Source: Squalus acanthias
Lineage: Eukaryota
Length of the DNA stretch: 64,000 nt
Assembly (NCBI GenBank): GCA_030390025.1
Contig: CM059438.1
Coordinates: 63,738,001-63,802,000 of the forward strand
Direction: 5' to 3'
Shown piece by piece: positions 50,926 to 64,000 of the stretch. How positions within the stretch are numbered: position 1 is the stretch's first letter; every line of letters starts with the position of its first letter. A program made the translations under genes and the position numbers. The notes under the pieces were generated by a model. The model did no database searches and had not been told where the DNA came from. It was given only the letters and a program-made list of their open reading frames with translations.

Positions 50926-51260
50926 AAGGGGTGACCTGATAGAGTTCTTCATGATTATGATTGTTCCCACTGATCAGTGAAATGTTACCAAGAGGGAACA
51001 AATTGAAGTTAGCCACAAGAAGAATTAAAGGGGAATTTGTAAAAAAAAAAACCTTTAAACAAAGGATGTTTAGAGTGTGGAATTCTCTGCCATAAAACGT
51101 TTTTGAAGCAGTCCATCAATTCTGTCAAAAGGGAATTAGGTAGTTTATTGAAAAAGAAGAATATTAAAAGGGTGGAAAATAAGCAGGATTCTGGGATTAG
51201 AATTGGTGGCTCGTGGAGAAATACATCAGTGCAGGTATTGTGAGATGAATGGCCAGTTTA
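50926..51260 (+). mobile_element. Old CR1 3' fragment
   Basis: Decayed similarity to the CR1 3' end. Confidence 0.6.
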
Positions 51261-51562
51261 TAAACATTTTACACTGTATACTATTGGTAATACGTGATTA
51301 TTGAGACTTTATAGACTTGCAGGTGTACCTTTAAAACTTTTAACAGGATTGCAGGGATCAGACGATTGGAAACTTTTTTTTATATAAATAGACACAGATT
51401 GAAAACACATTGAAATAAATAGACACATTTATATTTCATTCAAAAGCAGTGACTATCATTGCCACTGCCCAGTCTGAGATTGCGACAGAGCAACAATACC
51501 CAGTAGGACCCTATCAAAGATGGTTTCAGAAATGTGAGCCAGTTAGAATTGCAGATAAGGAA

Positions 51563-51965
51563 TGTAGGTGAAAAATGAATTCACTCGAGTCTGTCTCAAA
51601 GCAAAAGATCACAGTTTATTATTCAAAGCGCTCTGGGAGAAGAGTCATAGCCCCGCGGTCTAGTGACCAGCTTCTCGTCGTTACAGTGGTATAAAACTTC
51701 TTTTATACATTATAGGGTCGGTTACAAAATGTCCTCACCCAATTACATTTCCCCAGCAACAATTTTAATTATAACACAGGTTTTTTTTTACTTCCTAACC
51801 GAAACTATAAACATTGAAATGTGGTCAGCGTTGTCTAGTATGACTGTCTGGTTATCCCCTCGCACGTACACATGTTAACCACAGACATTTTCCCATCGCA
51901 CCGTGTCAAGTTAACCATTTTGTCTTTACATTCTTGCTTTTACATTCTATAATTTTACTCCAACA
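51563..51965 (-). mobile_element. Solo LTR (403 bp)
   Basis: TGT...ACA; TSD GGAA at 51559-51562 and 51966-51969; minus-strand TATAAA (~51703) upstream of AATAAA (~51617). Confidence 0.75.
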
Positions 51966-52247
51966 GGAAAAACAAACGGCAGATGCTAAAACCTGAAGAA
52001 CAGAAAATACTGGACGTACACTACAGATATGTCATTATCTGAAAAGAAAAAAGACAGGTTATTATTTGTAATTGGGGGTTTAATGAGGGTACAGGGTAAT
52101 AAGGGCATAAGATGTGTTTAATGTATAAGTAAGTTAAAGCTGCTGAGTTAATGTACCGAGTGGACAATCCAACTGACTGTGCTGCTAATTCTGCTGAAAT
52201 GCAAAATGTGCTAACTTGTAACTGCTTGCTGGACCTTGTTACCACAT

Positions 52248-53159
52248 TGTGAAATGAGACAGCCTGGTGATGATGATAGTGATAGGAGCAGAACAATGGC
52301 CAGACAGTTATATGATTAACATTAAACAAGTTAGCCATCTGGAGTTCTGTGACGAACTACCTTATTTCTGGGGGTCTTGTGCACAACAACTTCTGTCACG
52401 CTATAATAAATCAGTACAAAAACAACAACAACAACTTGTATTTATATAGCGCCTTTAATGTAGTAAAACGTCCCAAGGCGTTGCACAGGAGTATTTTAAG
52501 ACAACAAATTTGACACTGAGCCACATAAGGATAAATTAGGGCAGGTGACCAAAAGCTTGGCCAAAGAGGTAGGTTTTAAGGAGCGTCTTAAAGGAGGAAA
52601 GAGAGGTCGTGAAGCGGAGAGGTTTAGGGAGGGAATTCCAGAGCTTAGGGCCCTGGCAACAGAAGGCACGGACACCAAAGGTTGAGCGATTATAATCAGG
52701 GATGCTCAAGAGGGCAGAATTAGAGGAGCGCAGATATCTCGGGGGGTTGTGGGGCTGAAGGAGATTACAGAGATCGGGAGGGGCGAGGCCATGGAGGGAT
52801 TTGCAAACAAGGATGAGAATTTTGAAATCGAGGCGCTGCTTAACCGGGAGCCAATGTAGGTCAGCGAGCACAGGGGTAATGGGCCAACGGGACTTGGTGC
52901 AAGTTAGGACACGGGCAGCCGAGTTTTGGATGACTTCAAGTTTACGTAAGATGAAATGGTGTATAAAGGAGGGACACGGCACAGTAACAAGCGCTGGAGT
53001 GAGCAGACACTGAAGTATGAAGACTCCCTAGACTACGCGCTCTATCCAGAGCAGGAACGTCTGTAAATTACTGCTTAAATACTGAAATGTATCAGAACTT
53101 GTTCATGTTTAAAATAAAGAACCGTTGTACCAAATTTGGCGTTGCCTCCGAATCTATCA
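52248..53159 (+). mobile_element. Possible solo LTR interrupted by L2
   Basis: TG...CA with CACAT on both sides; TATAAA ~52962, AATAAA ~53113. Confidence 0.45.
52420..52950 (-). mobile_element. L2 LINE 3' end, well preserved
   Basis: IQNSAARVL, ITPVLADLHWLPV, KLWNSLP, FKTLLKTYLF; (TTG)n tail. Confidence 0.95.
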
Positions 53160-53404
53160 CACATTTCAAATGTGGACACTTGACAAGAATCCAAAGATGC
53201 TGACAGACCTGTTGTGTATTACCAGCATTTTCTGAGAATATTTCCTTTCATGTTTTGGGACATTTGCACTGTTAAGGAGAAAAGCTGATCACACCTTTTA
53301 AGGCAGAAAGTTTCCAGCAAACAACAAAAAACGTGTTTCTATAATGTGAAATGGCGTCAGGCTGCATATGGGCAGGAACTTGTCATCAATGGTCTGCTCA
53401 GCTT

Positions 53405-55157
53405 ACATAGGAACATAGGAACAGGAGGAGGCCATTTAGCCCCTTGAGCCTGTTCCTCCATTCAATGAGATCATGGCTGATCTGCGACCTAACTCCATAT
53501 ACCCGTCTTTGCCCCATATCCCTTAAACCTTTGGTTAACAGAAATCTATCAATCTCAGGTTTAAAGTTAACAATTGACTCAGCATCAATTGCTGTTTGCA
53601 GAAGAGAGTTCCAAACTTCTACCACCCTTTGTGTGCAGAAGTGTTTCCTAATTTCACTCCTGTAAGGTATGGCTCTAATTTTTAGGCTATGTCCCCTAGT
53701 CCGAGATGCCTCAAACATGGATTTTCTCTGTCTACCCTATCAGTGTTCCCCTTAATATCTTGAAAACTTTGACCAAATCACCCTTTAATCTTCTAAATTC
53801 CAGGGAATACAACCTTAGTTTGTGTAATCTTGCCTTGTAATTTAACCCTTGGAGTCCAGGTTTCATTCTAGTAAATTTACGCTGCACTCCCTCCAAGGCA
53901 AATATATCCTTCCTAAGGTGTGGTGCCCAGAACTGAACACAGTACTCCAGGTGTGGTCTAACCAGGCCTCTGTAGCTTAGTATACCTGAAGCATGACTTC
54001 TAATCCTCTAGATATAAAGGCCAGCATTCCATTAGCCTATTTGATTATTTTCTGTACCTGTCAATGACATTTTAATGATCTATGTATGTGGACCTCTAAG
54101 TCTCTTTGGACCTCCACTACTTCTACCATTTCACCATTTAAAAAGTACTCTGATCTATCCTTTTTTGTTCCAAAGCAGATGACCTCACACTTGCCGATAT
54201 TGATATCCATTTGCCACAGTTTTGCCCATTCACTTAGTCTATTAATATCTCTTTGTAATTTTATGCTTCCATCTACATTGCTTGCAATGCCGCCTATCTT
54301 TGTGTCATCGGCAAACTTGGATATGCGGCTCGCTATCCTGTCATCTAAATCGTTAATAAATACAGTGAATAGCTAAGGCCCCAAAACAGATCCCTGTGGG
54401 ACGCCACTAGTCACATCCTACCAATTAGAGTACCTGCCCATTATCCATACTGTCTGTCTCCTGTCGCTCAGCCAATCTCCTAACCAGGTCACTAATTTGC
54501 CTTCAATTCCATGAGCTTCAAATTTAGCTAACAGTCTCTTATGTGGGACTTCATCGAAAGCCCTCTGGAAATCCATATAAATAACATCCATAGACATTCC
54601 CCTGTCCACTATTTTAGTCACCTCTTCAAAAAATTCAATCAAGTTTGTCAGGCATGACCTACCTTTCACAAATCCATGCTGGTTCTCTCTGATCAGCTGA
54701 AAATTTTCAAGGTGTTCAGTCACTCTATCCTTAATTATAGACTCTAGTAATTTCCCGACAACAGATGTTAGGCTAACTGGTCTATAATTCCCTAGTTTCC
54801 CTCTCTCACCTTTCTTAAACAGCAGAGTGACAGGTGCAATTTTCCAATCCAAAGGAACGGTTCCTAAATCAAGAATCCTGAATCTACTGTAAATACTGGC
54901 ACAAAGCAATTGTTTAATGTGTCCGCCATTTCCTTATTTTCATTAAAAATATCAACGTTATCAGTTTTCAAGAGGCGTACATTGCTCCTGTCTATGCTCT
55001 TTTTCTTAATATAATTGTAAAAGTTTTTTGTGTTGATTTTGATATCCCTTGCAAATTTCTTTCCATACTCCTTTTTATAGCTCTCACTATATGTTTTGTC
55101 ACCATTTGCTGTTCTTTATATCTCTCCCATTCTCCAGGATCTGTGCTATTTTTTGCA
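53405..55157 (-). mobile_element. CR1 LINE, decayed RT region
   Basis: NYRPVSLTSVVGKLLE, QHGFVKGRSC, YMDFQRAFD; CR1 tail. Confidence 0.95.
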
Positions 55158-55502
55158 TTTGCACATTCTCCCCGTGTCTGCGTGGGTTTCCTCCGGGTGC
55201 TCCGGTTTCCTCCCACAGTCCAAAAATGTGCGGGTTAGGCTGATTTGGCTATGATAAATTGACCCTTAGTGTTAGGGGGGGATTAAATATGTGGGGTTAT
55301 GGGGATAGGATGGGATATGTTAGGGGGAATTAAATATGTGGGGTTACGGGTGTAGGGTGGGATATGTGTACTGTGGGGATTAAAGCAGGGACAGGGTACT
55401 GGATTTGGTTGATCAGCCATGATCGTATTGAATGGTGGAGCAGGCTCGATGGGCCGAATGGCCGACTCCTGCTCCTAGATTCTATGTTTCTATGTTTCTA
55501 TG
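55158..55502 (+). mobile_element. V-SINE (HE1-like), 5'-truncated, with CR1-type tail
   Basis: V-domain-like TTCTCCCCGTGTCTGCGTGGGTTTCCTCCGGGTGCTCCGGTTTCCTCCCAC; tail matches 39915-40027. Confidence 0.85.
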
Positions 55503-55611
55503 TTTATGTTGTCCCTCATCTCTTTAGTTGTTTATGGTTGTTTTTTTGGCAAGTAGAGCTCTTGCCCCCGGGAGATATAAACTGGTTCTGTATCGCATTT
55601 AAAATGTGCTC

Positions 55612-58600
55612 AGACTGTACTAAGAGGATGCAGTAAGACTGTGCTAAGAGGACGCAGTAAGCCTATACTAAGAGGATGCAGTAAAACTGTGTTAAAAGGA
55701 CGCAGTAAGATTGTACTAAGAGGATACAGTAAGACTGTGTTAAGAGGACACAGTAAAACTGTGTTAAGAGGACACAGTAAGAATGTAAAGAGGATACAGT
55801 AAGATTGTACTAAGAGGACACAGTAAGACTGTACTAAGAGGATACAGTAAGACTGTGTTAAGAGGATACAGAAAAACTGTGTTAAGAGGACACAGTAAGA
55901 CTGTGCTAAGAGGACACAGAAAAAATGTGTTAAGAGGAGACTGTATTAAGAGGACACAGTAAGACTGTACTAAGAGGACACAGTAAGACAGTATTAAGAG
56001 GACACAGTATGACTGTACTAAGAGGACACAGTAAGACATTTAAGAGGACACAGTAAGACTGTACTAAGAGGACACAGTAAGACTGTACTAAGAGGACGCA
56101 GTAACACTGTGTTAAGAGGACACAGCAAGACTGTGTTAAGAGGACACAGTAAGACTGTACTAATAGGACACCGTAAGACTGTGTTAAGAGGACGCAATAA
56201 GACTGTACTAAGAGGACACAGTAAGACTGTACTTAGAGGACACAGTAAGACTGTACTAATAGGACATGGTAAGACTGTGCTAAGAGGACACAATAAGACT
56301 GTATTAAGAGGACACAGTAAGACTGTGTTAAGATGATACAGTAAGACTGTGTTAAGATGATACAGTAAGACTGTGTTAAGAGGACACAGTAAGACTGTAG
56401 TAAGAGGACATAGTAAGACTGTGTTAAGAGGACACAGTAAGAATGTGTTAAGATGATACAGTAAGACTGTGTTAAGAGGACACAGTAAGACTGTGTTAAG
56501 AGGACACAGTAAGACTGTAGTAAGAGGACATAGTAAGACTGTGTTAAGAGGACACAGTAAGAATGTGTTAAGAGGATACAGTAAGACTGTGTTAAGAGGA
56601 TACAGTAAGACTGTGTTAAGAGGATACAGTAAGTCTGTGTTAAGAGGATACAGTAAGACTGTGTTAAGAGGACATAGTAAGACTGTGCTAAGAGGACACA
56701 GTAAGACTGTGTTAAGAGGACACAGTAAGACTGTGTTAAGAGGACATAGTAAGACTGTACTAATAGGACACGGTAAGACTGTGTTAAGAGGACACAGTAA
56801 GACTGTATTAAGAGGACACAGTAAGACTGTAGTAAGAGGACATAGTAAGACTGTGTTAAGAGGACACAGTAAGACTGTGTTAAGAGGATACAGTAAGACT
56901 GTGTTAAGAGGATACAGTAAGACTGTTAAGAGGATACAGTAAGACTGTGTTAAGAGGACATAGTAAGACTGTACTAAGAGGACACAGTAAGACTGTGTTA
57001 AGAGGACACAGTAAGACTGTACTAAGAGAACACAGTTTACTGTGTCCTCTTAGTACAGTCTTACTGTGTCCTCTTAACACAGTCTTACTGTGTCAAGAGG
57101 ACACAGTAAGACTGTGTTAAGAGGACACAGTAAGACTGTGCTAAGAGGACACAGTAAGACTGTGTTAAGAGGACACAGTAAGACTGTGTTAAGAGGACAC
57201 AGTAGGACGGTGCTAAGAGGACACAGTAGGACTGTGTTAAGAGGACACAGTAAGACTGTGTTAAGAGGACACAGTAAGACTGTACTAAGAGGGCATAGTA
57301 AGACTGTACTGAGAGGACACAGTAAGACTGTAGTAAGAGGACACAGTAAGACTGTACTAAGAGGCCACAGTAAGACTGCACTAAGAGGACACAGTAAGGC
57401 TGCACTAAGAGGAGACAGTAAGACTGTGTTAAGAGGCTACAGTAAGACTGTACCAAGAGGACACAGTAAGACTGTACTAAGAGGACACAGTAAGACTGTG
57501 TTAAGAGTGCACAGTAAGATTGTGTTAAGAGGACACAGTAAGACTGCGTTAGGAGGACACAGTAAGACTGTGTTAAGAGGATACAGTAAGACTGTGTTAA
57601 GAGCATACAGTAAGACTGTGTTAAGAGGACACAGTAAGACTGTGCTAAGAGTATACAGTAAGACTGTATTAAGAGGCTACAGTAAGACTGTGTTAAGAGT
57701 GCACAGTAAGATTGTGTTAAGAGGACACAGTAAGACTGCGTTAGGAGGACACAGTAAGACTGTGCCAAGAGGACACAGAAAAACTGTGTTAAGAGGACAC
57801 AGTAAGACTGTACTAAGAGGACACAGTAAGACTGTACTAAGAGGATACAGTAAGATTGTACTAAGAGGACACAGTAAGACTGTGCCAAGAGGACACAGAA
57901 AAACTGTGTTAAGAGGAGACTGTATTAAGAGGACACAGTATGACTGTACTGAGGACACAGTAAGACTGTACTAAGAGGACACAGTAAGACTGTATTAAGA
58001 GGACACAGTAAGACTGTACTAAGAGTACACAGTAAGACTGTACTAAGAGGACACAGTAAGATTGTGTTAAGAGGACACAGCAAGACTGTGTTAAGTGGAC
58101 ACAGTAAGACTGTACTAATAGGACACGGTAAGACTGTGTTAAGAGGACACAATAAGACTGTACTAAGAGGACACAGTAAGACTGTACTTAGAGGAAACAG
58201 TAAGACTGTACTAATAGGACACGGTAAGACTGTGTTAAGAGGACACAATAAGACTGTGTTAAGAGGACACAGTAAGACTGTGTTAAGAGGATACAGTAAG
58301 ACTGTGTTAAGAGGATACAGTAAGACTGTGTTAAGAGGATACAGTAAGACTGTGTTAAGAGGATACAGTAAGACTGTGTTAAGAGGACATAGTAAGACTG
58401 AGCTAAGAGGACACAGTAAGACTGTGTTAAGAGGACACAGTAAGACTGTACTCAGAGGACACAGTAAACTGTGTTAAGAGGACACAGTAAGACTGTGTTA
58501 AGAGGACACAGTAAGACTGTGCTAAGTGGACACAGTAAGACTGTGCTAAGAGGACACAGTAAAACTGTGCTAAGTGGACACAGTACGACTGTGCTAAGAG

Positions 58601-61527
58601 GACACAGTAAGACTGTACTAAGAGGCCACAGTAAGACTGCACTAAGAGGACACAGTAAGACTGTATTAAGAGGACACAGTATGACTGTACTAAGAGGACA
58701 GAGTAAGACTGTATTAAGAGGACACAGTAAGACTGTACTAAGAGGACACAGTAAGACTGTATTAAGAGGACACAGTAAGACTGTACTAAGAGGACACAGT
58801 AAGACTGTACTAAGCGGACAAAGTAAGATTGTGTTAAGAGGACACAATAAGACTACTAAGAGGACACAGTAAGACTGTACTTAGAGGACACAGTAAGACT
58901 GTACTAATAGGACACGGTAAGACTGTGTTAAGAGGACACAATAAGACTGTGCTAAGAGGATACAGTAAGACTGTGTTAAGAGGATACAGTAAGACTGTGT
59001 TAAGAGGACATAGTAAGACTGTGCTAAGAGGACACAGTAAGACTGTGTTAAAAGGACACAGTAAGACTGTACTAAGAGGACACAGTAAGACTGTGTTAAG
59101 AGCACACAGTAAGACTGTGCTAAGAGGATACAGTAAGACTGTGTTAAGAGGACACAGTAAGACTGTGTTAAGAGGATACAGTAAGACTGTGTTAAGAGGA
59201 CATAGTAAGACTGTGTTAAGAGGACACAGTAAGACTGTACTAAGAGGACGCAGTAAACCGTGTTAAGAGGACACAGTAAGACTGTGTTAAGAGGACACAG
59301 TAAGACTGTGCTAAGAGGACACAATAAGACTGTGCTAAGAGGACACAGTAAGACTGTGCTAAGTGGACACAGTAAGACTGTGCTAAGAGGACACAGTAAA
59401 ACTGTGCTAAGTGGACACAGTAAGACTGTACTAAGAGGATACAGTAAGACTGTGTTAAGAGGACACAGTAAGATTGTGCTAAGAGGACACAGTAAGACTG
59501 TACTAAGAGGCCACAGTAAGAGTGCACTAAGAGGACACAGTAAGACTGTGTTAAGAGGACACAGTAAGACTGTGCTAAGTGGACACAGTAAGACTGTGCT
59601 AAGAGGACACAGTAAAACTGTGCTAAGTGGACACAGTACGACTGTGCTAAGAGGACACAGTAAGACTGTACTAAGAGGCCACAGTAAGACTGCACTAAGA
59701 GGACACAGTAAGACTGTATTAAGAGGACACAGTATGACTGTACTAAGAGGACAGAGTAAGACTGTATTAAGAGGACACAGTAAGACTGTACTAAGAGGAC
59801 ACAGTAAGACTGTATTAAGAGGACACAGTAAGACTGTACTAAGAGGACACAGTAAGACTGTACTAAGCGGACACAGTAAGATTGTGTTAAGAGGACACAA
59901 TAAGACTACTAAGAGGACACAGTAAGACTGTACTTAGAGGACACAGTAAGACTGTACTAATAGGACACGGTAAGACTGTGTTAAGAGGACACAATAAGAC
60001 TGTGCTAAGAGGATACAGTAAGACTGTGTTAAGAGGATACAGTAAGACTGTGTTAAGAGGACATAGTAAGACTGTGCTAAGAGGACACAGTAAGACTGTG
60101 TTAAAAGGACACAGTAAGACTGTACTAAGAGGACACAGTAAGACTGTGTTAAGAGCACACAGTAAGACTGTGCTAAGAGGATACAGTAAGACTGTGTTAA
60201 GAGGACACAGTAAGACTGTGTTAAGAGGATACAGTAAGACTGTGTTAAGAGGACATAGTAAGACTGTGTTAAGAGGACACAGTAAGACTGTACTAAGAGG
60301 ACGCAGTAAACCGTGTTAAGAGGACACAGTAAGACTGTGTTAAGAGGACACAGTAAGACTGTGCTAAGAGGACACAATAAGACTGTGCTAAGAGGACACA
60401 GTAAGACTGTGCTAAGTGGACACAGTAAGACTGTGCTAAGAGGACACAGTAAAACTGTGCTAAGTGGACACAGTAAGACTGTACTAAGAGGATACAGTAA
60501 GACTGTGTTAAGAGGACACAGTAAGATTGTGCTAAGAGGACACAGTAAGACTGTACTAAGAGGCCACAGTAAGAGTGCACTAAGAGGACACAGTAAGACT
60601 GCACTAAGAGGACACAGTAAGACTGTGTTAAGAGGACACAGTAAGACTGTGTTAAGAGGACACAGTAAGATTGTGTTAAGAGGACACAGTAAGACTGTGT
60701 TAAGAGGATACAGTAAGACTGTGTTAAGAGGATACAGTAAGACTGTACTAAGAGGACACAGTAAGACTATGTCAAGAGGACACAGTAAGACTGTGTTAAG
60801 AGGATACAGTAAGACTGTACTAAGAGGACACAGTAAGACTGTGTTAAGAGGACACAGTAAGACTGTGTTAAGAGGATACAGTAAGACTGTGTTAAGAGGA
60901 CATAGTAAGACTGTGTTCAGAGGACACAGTAAGACTGTACTAAGAGGACGCAGTAAACCGTGTTAAGAGGACACAGTAAGACTGTGTTAAGAGGACACAG
61001 TAAGACTGTGCTAAGAGGACACAATAAGACTGTGCTAAGAGGACACAGTAAGACTGTGCTAAGTGGACACAGTAAGACTGTGCTAAGAGGACACAGTAAA
61101 ACTGTGCTAAGTGGACACAGTAAGACTGTACTAAGAGGATACAGTAAGACTGTGTTAAGAGGACACAGTAAGATTGTGCTAAGAGGACACAGTAAGACTG
61201 TACTAAGAGGCCACAGTAAGAGTGCACTAAGAGGACACAGTAAGACTGCACTAAGAGGACACAGTAAGACTGTGTTAAGAGGACACAGTAAGACTGTGTT
61301 AAGAGGACACAGTAAGATTGTGTTAAGAGGACACAGTAAGACTGTGTTAAGAGGATACAGTAAGACTGTGTTAAGAGGATACAGTAAGACTGTACTAAGA
61401 GGACACAGTAAGACTATGTCAAGAGGACACAGTAAGACTGTGTTAAGAGGATACAGTAAGACTGTACTAAGAGGACACAGTAAGACTGTGCTAATAAGGT
61501 GCAGTAAGACTGTGCTAAGAGGACACA
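55612..61527. repeat. 24-bp tandem satellite, block 1 (AAGAGGACACAGTAAGACTGTGTT)
   Basis: Directly visible. Confidence 0.98.
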
Positions 61528-61900
61528 AATGCAACACTGTTTTTTCAACCAAGATGCTCTTATTTGAAGCTTCTTTTGCTGAAGACTACATGTTGCATGA
61601 CTCTGTAGCTTGTTCAGCGGATGCTTAACAGGGTTGTGATCAATGTCCCCCATAAGCTGCACGGCCTCCGGCGCGGCCTGCCTCCCCCAGTGCGCGGCCC
61701 ATTCAAGTTTTTGTGCATGCGCGGTATCTACAATTTAAATGCCGGTAGGCGGCCTGCGCGGGATCTTGCAGATGACCGCTTTTTCTTTTACTTTTATGTT
61801 GTCCATTACCTCTTTAGTCATTCATGGTTGTTTTTTTGGCAAGTAGAGCTCTTGCCCCCTAGGGGTATAAACTGGTTCTGTATCCTTTTTAAACTGTGCT
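61528..61900. repeat. Non-satellite spacer of the macro-repeat
   Basis: Recurs at 63720-64000; last 108 bp are homologous to 55503-55610. Confidence 0.95.
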
Positions 61901-63719
61901 AAGGCTGCGCAAAGAGGACACAGTAAGACTGTGTTAAGAGGACACAGTAAGACTGTGTTAAGAGGATACAGTAAGACTGTGTTAAGAGGACACAGTAAGA
62001 CTGTGTTAAGAGGACACAGTAAGACATTGTTAAGAGGACACAGTAAGACTGTGTTAAGAGGATACAGTAAGACTGTGTTAAGAGGACACAGTAAGACTGT
62101 GTTAAGAGGACACAGTAAGACTGTGCCAAGAGGACATAGTAAGACTGTGTTAAGAGGACACAGTAAGACTGTACTAAGAGGACGCAGTAAACCGTGTTAA
62201 GAGGACACAGTAAGACTGTGTTAAGAGGACACAGTAAGACTGTGTTAAGAGGACACAGTAAGACATTGTTAAGAGGACACAGTAAGACTGTGTTAAGAGG
62301 ATACAGTAAGACTGTGTTAAGAGGACACAGTAAGACTGTGTTAAGAGCACACAGTAAGACTGTGCTAAGAGGATACAGTAAGACTGTGTTAAGAGGACAC
62401 AGTAAGACTGTGTTAAGAGGATACAGTAAGACTGTGTTAAGAGTACATAGTAAGACTGTGTTAAGAGGACACAGTAATACTGTACTAAGAGGACGCAGTA
62501 AACCGTGTTAAGAGGACACAGTAAGACTGTGTTAAGAGGACACAGTAAGACTGTGCTAAGAGGACACAATAAGACTGTGCTAAGAGGACACAGTAAGACT
62601 GTGCTAAGTGGACACAGTAAGACTGTGCTAAGAGGACACAGTAAAACTGTGCTAAGTGGACACAGTAAGACTGTACTAAGAGGATACAGTAAGACTGTGT
62701 TAAGAGGACACAGTAAGATTGTGCTAAGAGGACACAGTAAGACTGTACTAAGAGGCCACAGTAAGAGTGCACTAAGAGGACACAGTAAGACTGCACTAAG
62801 AGGACACAGTAAGACTGTGTTAAGAGGACACAGTAAGACTGTGTTAAGAGGACACAGTAAGACTGTGTTAAGAGGACACAGTAAGACTGTGTTAAGAGGA
62901 TACAGTAAGACTGTGTTAAGAGGATACAGTAAGACTGTACTAAGAGGACACAGTAAGACTATGTCAAGAGGACACAGTAAGACTGTGTTAAGAGGATACA
63001 GTAAGACTGTACTAAGAGGACACAGTAAGACTGTGTTAAGAGGACACAGTAAGACTGTGTTAAGAGGATACAGTAAGACTGTGTTAAGAGGACATAGTAA
63101 GACTGTGTTAAGAGGACACAGTAAGACTGTACTAAGAGGACGCAGTAAACCGTGTTAAGAGGACACAGTAAGACTGTGTTAAGAGGACACAGTAAGACTG
63201 TGCTAAGAGGACACAATAAGACTGTGCTAAGAGGACACAGTAAGACTGTGCTAAGTGGACACAGTAAGACTGTGCTAAGAGGACACAGTAAAACTGTGCT
63301 AAGTGGACACAGTAAGACTGTACTAAGAGGATACAGTAAGACTGTGTTAAGAGGACACAGTAAGATTGTGCTAAGAGGACACAGTAAGACTGTACTAAGA
63401 GGCCACAGTAAGAGTGCACTAAGAGGACACAGTAAGACTGCACTAAGAGGACACAGTAAGACTGTGTTAAGAGGACACAGTAAGACTGTGTTAAGAGGAC
63501 ACAGTAAGATTGTGTTAAGAGGACACAGTAAGACTGTGTTAAGAGGATACAGTAAGACTGTGTTAAGAGGATACAGTAAGACTGTACTAAGAGGACACAG
63601 TAAGACTATGTCAAGAGGACACAGTAAGACTGTGTTAAGAGGATACAGTAAGACTGTACTAAGAGGACACAGTAAGACTGTGCTAATAAGGTGCAGTAAG
63701 ACTGTGCTAAGAGGACACA
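61901..63719. repeat. 24-bp tandem satellite, block 2
   Basis: Directly visible. Confidence 0.98.
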
Positions 63720-64000
63720 AATGCAACACTGTTTTTTCAACCAAGATGCTCTTATTTGAAGCTTCTTTTGCTGAAGACTACATGTTGCATGACTCTGTAG
63801 CTTGTTCAGCGGATGCTTAACAGGGTTGTGATCAATGTCCCCCATAAGATGCACGGCCTCCGGCGCGGCCTGCCTCCCCCAGTGCGCGGCCCATTCAAGT
63901 TTTTGTGCATGCGCGGTATCTACAATTTAAATGCCGGTAGGCGGCCTGCGCGGGATCTTGCAGATGACCGCTTTTTCTTTTACTTTTATGTTGTCCATTA
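63720..64000. repeat. Second spacer copy, cut by the window end
   Basis: Near-identical to 61528-61808 at an offset of 2192 bp. Confidence 0.95.

Noticed and set aside
55612..63719. CRISPR-like array (palindromic repeats plus leader)
   Set aside because: Repeats are contiguous with no unique spacers, there are no cas genes, and the context is eukaryotic.
55764..63820. Long ORFs (LRGHSKTV)n, (QSYCVLLT)n, (CPLSTVLL)n
   Set aside because: By-products of a 24-bp unit lacking stops in several frames; frequent frameshifts; no gene structure.

Overview
Gene-poor, repeat-saturated vertebrate DNA. The repeat set (CR1 and L2 LINEs, Deu-domain and V-domain SINEs, Harbinger elements, Penelope-like elements) points to a cartilaginous fish; that assignment is inference. 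No host protein-coding gene could be supported. The most notable system is one Penelope-like element (PLE) family seen in four forms: two ~1.8-1.9 kb fold-back copies (9986-11801, 28123-30037), a plain 5'-truncated copy (14768-15282) and a 216-bp ORF-less fold-back (4639-4854). All four share a 3' tail and minimal hammerhead-ribozyme motifs with visible base-pair covariation; the three fold-backs have apparent 12-bp target duplications. The copy at 28 kb has its RT/GIY-YIG core inverted relative to its tail. The window also holds three or four solo LTRs (one 1.66 kb), Harbinger derivatives and MITEs, and an LF-SINE-like relic. From 55.6 kb to the end there is a 24-bp hairpin-forming satellite with higher-order repeats, an internal inversion and a repeated spacer. 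Coordinates of decayed repeats are approximate.
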